Positions 59,195-64,000 of a stretch of 64,000 bases of DNA are shown piece after piece. The stretch is from NCBI GenBank assembly GCA_024403675.1, contig JAKSRH010000006.1, positions 24,111-88,110 on the forward strand, written 5' to 3'. Every line of letters starts with the position of its first letter. Position 1 is the first letter of the stretch. The notes under the pieces were generated by a model, which searched no databases, was not told where the DNA came from, and worked only from the letters and a program-made list of their open reading frames with translations. Made by a program: the position numbers and the translations under genes. The DNA is from Saccharofermentans sp. (GTDB lineage: Bacteria; Bacillota; Clostridia; Saccharofermentanales; Saccharofermentanaceae).

Positions 59195-60039
59195 CAGAAT
59201 TATTAGGAAAGCCAGTTGGCGATAGTATTAATGAGAGTATCAAGCCAGTAATTGCTGACCTTAAGTCTAAGGGTATTGTTCCTACTTTGGCAGTAGTTAG
59301 AGTTGGCGCACGCGAGGATGACCTTGCATATGAGAGAGGACTTCTTAAGAAGTTCGAGTCTATGGAATGTGCAGTAAAGGTGGTTGAACTTCCAGAAGAT
59401 GTTAGCCAGGAAGAGCTTGACTCTACAGTGAAGAATCTTGATAACGATCTTACAGTTCACGGTATCTTGATGTTCCGTCCACTTCCTAAGCATCTTACAG
59501 ACAAGAATATTGTTGCTACTATTAGCGCTGGTAAAGATGTTGATTCTATGGGCATGGCTAATATGGCTAATATCTTTGCTGGTAATGGTGAGGGTTATGC
59601 TCCATGTACTGCACAGGCAGTAATTGAGATGATTAAGTACTATGGTATCGAGACATCTGGTAAGAAGGTTACAGTCGTTGGTAGAAGCCTTGTTATCGGA
59701 AAGCCAGTAGCACTTATGCTCATTAAGGAAAATGCTACAGTAACTGTTTGCCATACTAGAACTAAGGACCTTAAGGCAGAGTGCCAGGCAGCTGATATTA
59801 TTGTTGCTGCGGCAGGATGCGCTAAGATGATTAAGGCTGAGCATGTTCGTGCTGGTCAGACAATTCTTGATGTTGGTATGAATGTTGATGAGAACGGTAA
59901 GCTTTGTGGTGACGTTGATTTTGCAGAAGTTTCTGAGATAGTTGACGCTATCACACCAGTGCCTAGAGGAGTAGGTTCCGTTACTACATCTGTACTTCTC
60001 CGTAACACAGTAACAAATGCAGCAAGACTCATTGAATAA
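59191..60039 (+). CDS. folD: Methylenetetrahydrofolate dehydrogenase/cyclohydrolase
   Basis: KDVD, PCTA, GRSLVIGKP, DVG, GDVDF, TPVPRGVG. Confidence 0.93.
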   Translation: MTELLGKPVGDSINESIKPVIADLKSKGIVPTLAVVRVGAREDDLAYERGLLKKFESMECAVKVVELPEDVSQEELDSTVKNLDNDLTVHGILMFRPLPKHLTDKNIVATISAGKDVDSMGMANMANIFAGNGEGYAPCTAQAVIEMIKYYGIETSGKKVTVVGRSLVIGKPVALMLIKENATVTVCHTRTKDLKAECQAADIIVAAAGCAKMIKAEHVRAGQTILDVGMNVDENGKLCGDVDFAEVSEIVDAITPVPRGVGSVTTSVLLRNTVTNAARLIE

Positions 60040-61477
60040 TATTATTGATTGTAAATTGACTTGTGAGCATAGTGGCCGTTGTGGCGGTTGTTTATATGCG
60101 GGTAAAAGTTATAGCGAGTCGATTTCTCAAAAGCAGAAAACTATAGGGAAGCTTCTTAAAGGGCTTCCTGTTTCTGTTTTGCCGATTATTTCTGCAAAGG
60201 ATCCTTTTTTCTATAGAAATAAAGTACACGCAGCTTTTGGTGTGGCAAAGGGTGGAAAGATCGTCTGTGGCATGTATGAGCAATCTTCCCACAGAATTGT
60301 CGAGACTAATAAATGCAGTATAGAAAATAAAAATGCTTCTTCGATTATCGAGACGATAAAATTCCTGGCAAAGAGCTTTAAGCTGCCTATATATGATGAA
60401 AAAAGACGTGCGGGCATTTTGCGACGAGTACTTATTAGAACTGCGGATAAAACAGGTGAGATTCTTGTTGTGTTAGTGGTTGGAAATAAGGTGTTTCCAG
60501 GTAAGAAGAATTTTGTTAAGGCCCTTGTGGAAAAGCATCCAGAAATTACTTCTGTTGTTGTAAATGTAAATACAAGAAGTGATTCAATGATTCTTGGAGC
60601 TTCAAGTGAAGTTTCATACGGCAAGGGATTTATTACTGATGAGTTATGTGGATTGAAATTTAAAATTTCCCCAGAGTCTTTTTATCAGATTAACCATGAT
60701 CAGACAGAACGACTTTATTCTCAGGCTATAGAAATGGTTGGTTTATCTGGTTCTGATAAGGTTATTGATGCTTATTGTGGTATTGGTACAATTGGTCTTA
60801 CTGCGTCAAAATTCGCAGGCAAGGTGGTGGGAGTGGAGCTTAACCCACAGGCAGTAAAAGATGCCATAAATAACGCTAAAGCAAATGGGGTTAAAAATGC
60901 GCGTTTCTTTTGTGGTGACGCGGGTGAGTTTATGGTAAAGGCCGCAAATAATAACGAAAAGTATGATGTTGTTTTTCTAGATCCACCACGTGCTGGAACA
61001 ACAGTTGAATTTATTAAGGCATGTCAGAAGCTTTCTCCTCGCAAGATAGTTTACGTATCATGTAATCCTGAAACTTTAGCAAGAGACTTGCCGATTTTTA
61101 TGAAACATGGGTACGCTCCAGAAACCGCGGTGCCTGTAGATATGTTCCCTTGGACAGATTCGATAGAGACTGTTGTTCAACTTTCCAAGGGTTCTGTTCC
61201 AAGTCAGGATGTTAAGGTCAAGTTTTCAATGGAAAATGTTTGCTCTGCTCAGTACTTAGATAAGCCTGCAACATATGAGCAGATTAAAACTTATGTAAAA
61301 GAGCATAGCGGATTAAATGTTAGTTCTCTTTACATAGCGCAGGTAAAACAGAAATACGGGATTATCGAAAGGGACTGTTACAACCTGCCAAAATCGGATG
61401 ATAGTAGGCAACCTAAGTGTCCTGAATCTAAAGAAAAAGCAATAGTTGAAGCTTTGAAGTATTTTAAGATGATATAA
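60017..61477 (+). CDS. rlmD: 23S rRNA (uracil-5-)-methyltransferase RlmD/RumA paralogue 2 with C-terminal extension
   Basis: CEHSGRCGGC Fe-S motif, SFYQIN, DAYCGIG, DPPR, YVSCNPETLARD, DMFP; no TRAM domain. Confidence 0.9.
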   Translation: MQQDSLNNIIDCKLTCEHSGRCGGCLYAGKSYSESISQKQKTIGKLLKGLPVSVLPIISAKDPFFYRNKVHAAFGVAKGGKIVCGMYEQSSHRIVETNKCSIENKNASSIIETIKFLAKSFKLPIYDEKRRAGILRRVLIRTADKTGEILVVLVVGNKVFPGKKNFVKALVEKHPEITSVVVNVNTRSDSMILGASSEVSYGKGFITDELCGLKFKISPESFYQINHDQTERLYSQAIEMVGLSGSDKVIDAYCGIGTIGLTASKFAGKVVGVELNPQAVKDAINNAKANGVKNARFFCGDAGEFMVKAANNNEKYDVVFLDPPRAGTTVEFIKACQKLSPRKIVYVSCNPETLARDLPIFMKHGYAPETAVPVDMFPWTDSIETVVQLSKGSVPSQDVKVKFSMENVCSAQYLDKPATYEQIKTYVKEHSGLNVSSLYIAQVKQKYGIIERDCYNLPKSDDSRQPKCPESKEKAIVEALKYFKMI

Positions 61478-61778
61478 GTAGCAAATGAATATCCCTATGT
61501 TGTACGAATAAAACAAACATACTGCATAGGGAATTTATTGGTATTTCCATGTCGCACTCTGTAGCAAGCAACGTTTTGCGGGGACAAAACAGCATTCAGA
61601 TATGCTGAACGCTTGTTAGGGAGTATCCCTAAGACCCAGAGAGGAAGATTCTTTCAAATATCGTTGTTAGATAGAATTTCAATTATATTAACTACAGTAA
61701 ATGTCATTATCGAAGTTGGATAGAGCGATTAAATTCAATTTCTTGTCTAACGCATCAGCTCGACAAACTGAAATATGT

Positions 61779-62144
61779 CTATTTTTTATCCTTATATGCA
61801 TATCCAAAGTTTATTGGTGGTGCAGTCACTGATACATACACAAATTCCTCATTACCATCATTCAATAAACCATGAACATCTTTATCTGCAAATCTTACAA
61901 CATCCCCAGCAGTAAACACTTTTTCTTGTTCATCTGCAAGTAATAGTTTACCCGTTCCTTTTGTTGCATACCAAATTTGTTCTGACGCATCATGTGTATG
62001 TCTTGGTTGGCAAGCACCTATTTCAAGATGAACCTCTGTAATTGTCACCCTTTCACTTGATGAATTTTCAGGATTTAATAGTTGTCTTGAAACAACTCCT
62101 GGATTTGATAATTCAACTATCTTCTCTTTACTTATGAATTCCAT
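61779..62144 (-). CDS. Cupin domain protein
   Basis: PRHTH...EQIWY...G.G...GDVV.F....HGL.N; ggagg RBS. Confidence 0.88.
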   Translation of the reverse strand: MEFISKEKIVELSNPGVVSRQLLNPENSSSERVTITEVHLEIGACQPRHTHDASEQIWYATKGTGKLLLADEQEKVFTAGDVVRFADKDVHGLLNDGNEEFVYVSVTAPPINFGYAYKDKK

Positions 62145-62317
62145 ACTATACCTCCACAACTTCAAATTTGCCTAACTACATTAAATATGTCTTTTCCGTA
62201 GTTAATAGAATCGAATTATTTTAGGAACATTATACAATAAAGGAGAACGTACCTGTTTGATATCGTTCTCCTTTAATCCACATAATTCAGCTTGTCTAGA
62301 ATATTTATTTTTCTATG

Positions 62318-62569
62318 TCAATATCCCAACTTCTCCAAAAGCTTAGTGACATCATCAGGCTTTAACACCTTACCCATAGACACAACCTTCTCATTAACTA
62401 CAATGGCAGGCATACTCATAGCACCATACCCCATAATTCGCTGTGGATCTGTTACATACTCCACATCCGCCGCTAAATTCATGTTGGCTAAAGCATCAAT
62501 TACATTAGCGTGCTGATCGTGGCAGCTCTTGCAACCCATTCCTAAAACCTTGATACTACATTCATTCAT
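62318..62569 (-). CDS. Small redox-active disulfide protein (thioredoxin family)
   Basis: IKVLGMGCKSC, YG.MSMPAIVVNEKVVS.G. Confidence 0.88.
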   Translation of the reverse strand: MNECSIKVLGMGCKSCHDQHANVIDALANMNLAADVEYVTDPQRIMGYGAMSMPAIVVNEKVVSMGKVLKPDDVTKLLEKLGY

Positions 62570-62581
62570 AAAAATTTCCTC

Positions 62582-63577
62582 CTATAATAAAATGAATTGA
62601 ATTACATTAAACAAATAACCAACTAGGACTATTCCTATAACACAAATCGCAATGAATACACCCAACAACTTTGGTTTTATTGCCTTCTTAAGCATAATCA
62701 TAGATGGCAAACTTAAAGTTGTTACTGCCATCATAAAAGATAAAACTGTACCAAGTTGAGCACCTTTGCCAAGAAGCGATTCTGCTATAGGTATCGTTCC
62801 AAATATATCTGCATACATTGGAACTCCAACTACAGTTGCCAGAACTACTCCTAATGGATTACGATTGCCAAGAACATTTATTACCCAGCTTTCTGGAATC
62901 CAGTTGTGAATTATCGCTCCTATCGCAACACCGACTAATATGTATAGAATCACTTTCTTAAAAGTTTCTACAACCTGATCCTTAGCATAGATAAGTCGTT
63001 CTTTCTGTGTAAGTGAAGGTGTATCAATTTCTACGCTACTGGCATTTCTGATAAATCCTTCCACCTGATTTTCCAAGTGCAGCTTTTCAATTATTGATCC
63101 ACCGACAACTGCTATAACCAGTCCGAGAACTACATATACTATTGCAACCTTAACGCCAAAAATACTCATTAAAAGCACCAGGCTTCCAAGATCTACCATT
63201 GGGGATGAGATAAGGAAAGAGAAGGTAACTCCGAGCGGCAGGCCCGCACTGGTAAAGCCCATAAACAAAGGGATTGATGAACATGAACAAAATGGCGTTA
63301 CTGTTCCTAATAAAGCTGATATTAAGTTGGCACCAATCCCGTGAAATCGTCCTAATATTCTTTTGCTCCTTTCGGGAGGAAAGAAACTTTGTATATACGA
63401 GATAACAAATATCAGAACACATAACAAAACAGATATCTTGATTACATCATAAATAAAGAAAGTAATACTTCCTCCTATCTTGGAACTTGTATCAATTCCA
63501 ATTACAGCAAGCAGATTTTGTATAAGTACATTAAGCCATTTCATTCCAAGAATTTGATCTTGAATAAAGGTCCACAT
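62582..63577 (-). CDS. ArsP/DUF318-family permease
   Basis: TPFCSCSSIP, FLISSPM, GVPMYAD, TLSLPS. Confidence 0.88.
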   Translation of the reverse strand: MWTFIQDQILGMKWLNVLIQNLLAVIGIDTSSKIGGSITFFIYDVIKISVLLCVLIFVISYIQSFFPPERSKRILGRFHGIGANLISALLGTVTPFCSCSSIPLFMGFTSAGLPLGVTFSFLISSPMVDLGSLVLLMSIFGVKVAIVYVVLGLVIAVVGGSIIEKLHLENQVEGFIRNASSVEIDTPSLTQKERLIYAKDQVVETFKKVILYILVGVAIGAIIHNWIPESWVINVLGNRNPLGVVLATVVGVPMYADIFGTIPIAESLLGKGAQLGTVLSFMMAVTTLSLPSMIMLKKAIKPKLLGVFIAICVIGIVLVGYLFNVIQFILL

Positions 63578-63592
63578 ATTACGCCTCCTTAA

Positions 63593-63608
63593 ATAGAACA
63601 TTTTCTAT
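63593..63608. promoter_or_regulatory. Putative ArsR operator (ATAG-N8-CTAT)
   Basis: atagaacattttctat upstream of the permease; inverted near-copy upstream of arsR. Confidence 0.6.
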
Positions 63609-63649
63609 GTGATAGTTTTTTATATAGCCGATAGCTGGTTACTATCGGC

Positions 63650-63967
63650 TTAGTTTTCTGATTTACACTTATGACAGATACAATCTTTGGTTGGATGAAA
63701 AAAGGAAGTTAATGTATTAGCAAATTCATCCAGGAAAGCTCCATTAAGAGAGTAGTATGTATTCTTCCATTCTTTCCTTGCGGTAACTACACCAGCATCG
63801 AGAAGCACCTTCATATCATGAGACAAGGTCGGTTGCGTAATATTGAATTCTTCTTGTATTACGCAAGCGCAAAGTTCACCACAAGAAAGCATATCTACAA
63901 TCCTAAGTCTTTTAGGATCAGATATAGCTTTAAGAACTTTTGCTGTATCAAGATACTTCTGCTCCAT
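63650..63967 (-). CDS. ArsR/SmtB-family metalloregulator
   Basis: KAISDPKRLRI, ELCAC, TQPTLSHDM, C-terminal Cys. Confidence 0.92.
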   Translation of the reverse strand: MEQKYLDTAKVLKAISDPKRLRIVDMLSCGELCACVIQEEFNITQPTLSHDMKVLLDAGVVTARKEWKNTYYSLNGAFLDEFANTLTSFFHPTKDCICHKCKSEN

Positions 63968-63980
63968 GCCTTTTCCTCAC

Positions 63981-63996
63981 ATAGTATTATTTCTAT
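63981..63996. promoter_or_regulatory. Putative ArsR autoregulatory operator
   Basis: atagtattatttctat just upstream of the arsR RBS. Confidence 0.55.
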
Positions 63997-64000
63997 TTGA

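Noticed and set aside
62238-62275. 12-bp stem taaaggagaacg/cgttctccttta as a novel element
   Set aside because: Position downstream of the thioredoxin gene fits an ordinary terminator

Overview
AT-rich chromosomal window from an anaerobic Clostridia-like bacterium. Core metabolic blocks alternate with accessory or decaying stretches. Core genes: clpC (5' end cut by the window), an nrdDG operon with three NrdR-type boxes that appears to run on into a GGDEF/EAL gene, a uracil permease and upp, a DtxR-family regulator with feoA-feoB, PBP1A, pflB/pflA, DUF1846, an SH3-NlpC/P60 hydrolase, a cyclohydrolase and folD. Accessory content: a complete 2-aminoethylphosphonate (phosphonate) biosynthesis cassette, envelope-modifying membrane proteins, a membrane-anchored TIR protein, two unusual fusions (ABC exporter-GNAT and Gfo/Idh/MocA-TolB-like), and an ArsR/permease/thioredoxin/cupin block. 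Two signals are not explained by ordinary annotation. (1) Six 40-bp TTTCGGG...CCCGAAA units occur as three 44-bp-period doublets around the feo locus, next to remnants of what looks like one gene family. (2) Two divergent rlmD paralogues, each pointing outward into an accessory region, share a ~91% identical 69-aa tail whose synonymous sites are heavily diverged. No rRNA, tRNA, CRISPR array, integrase or transposase was recognised. All calls are by eye, without database searches.
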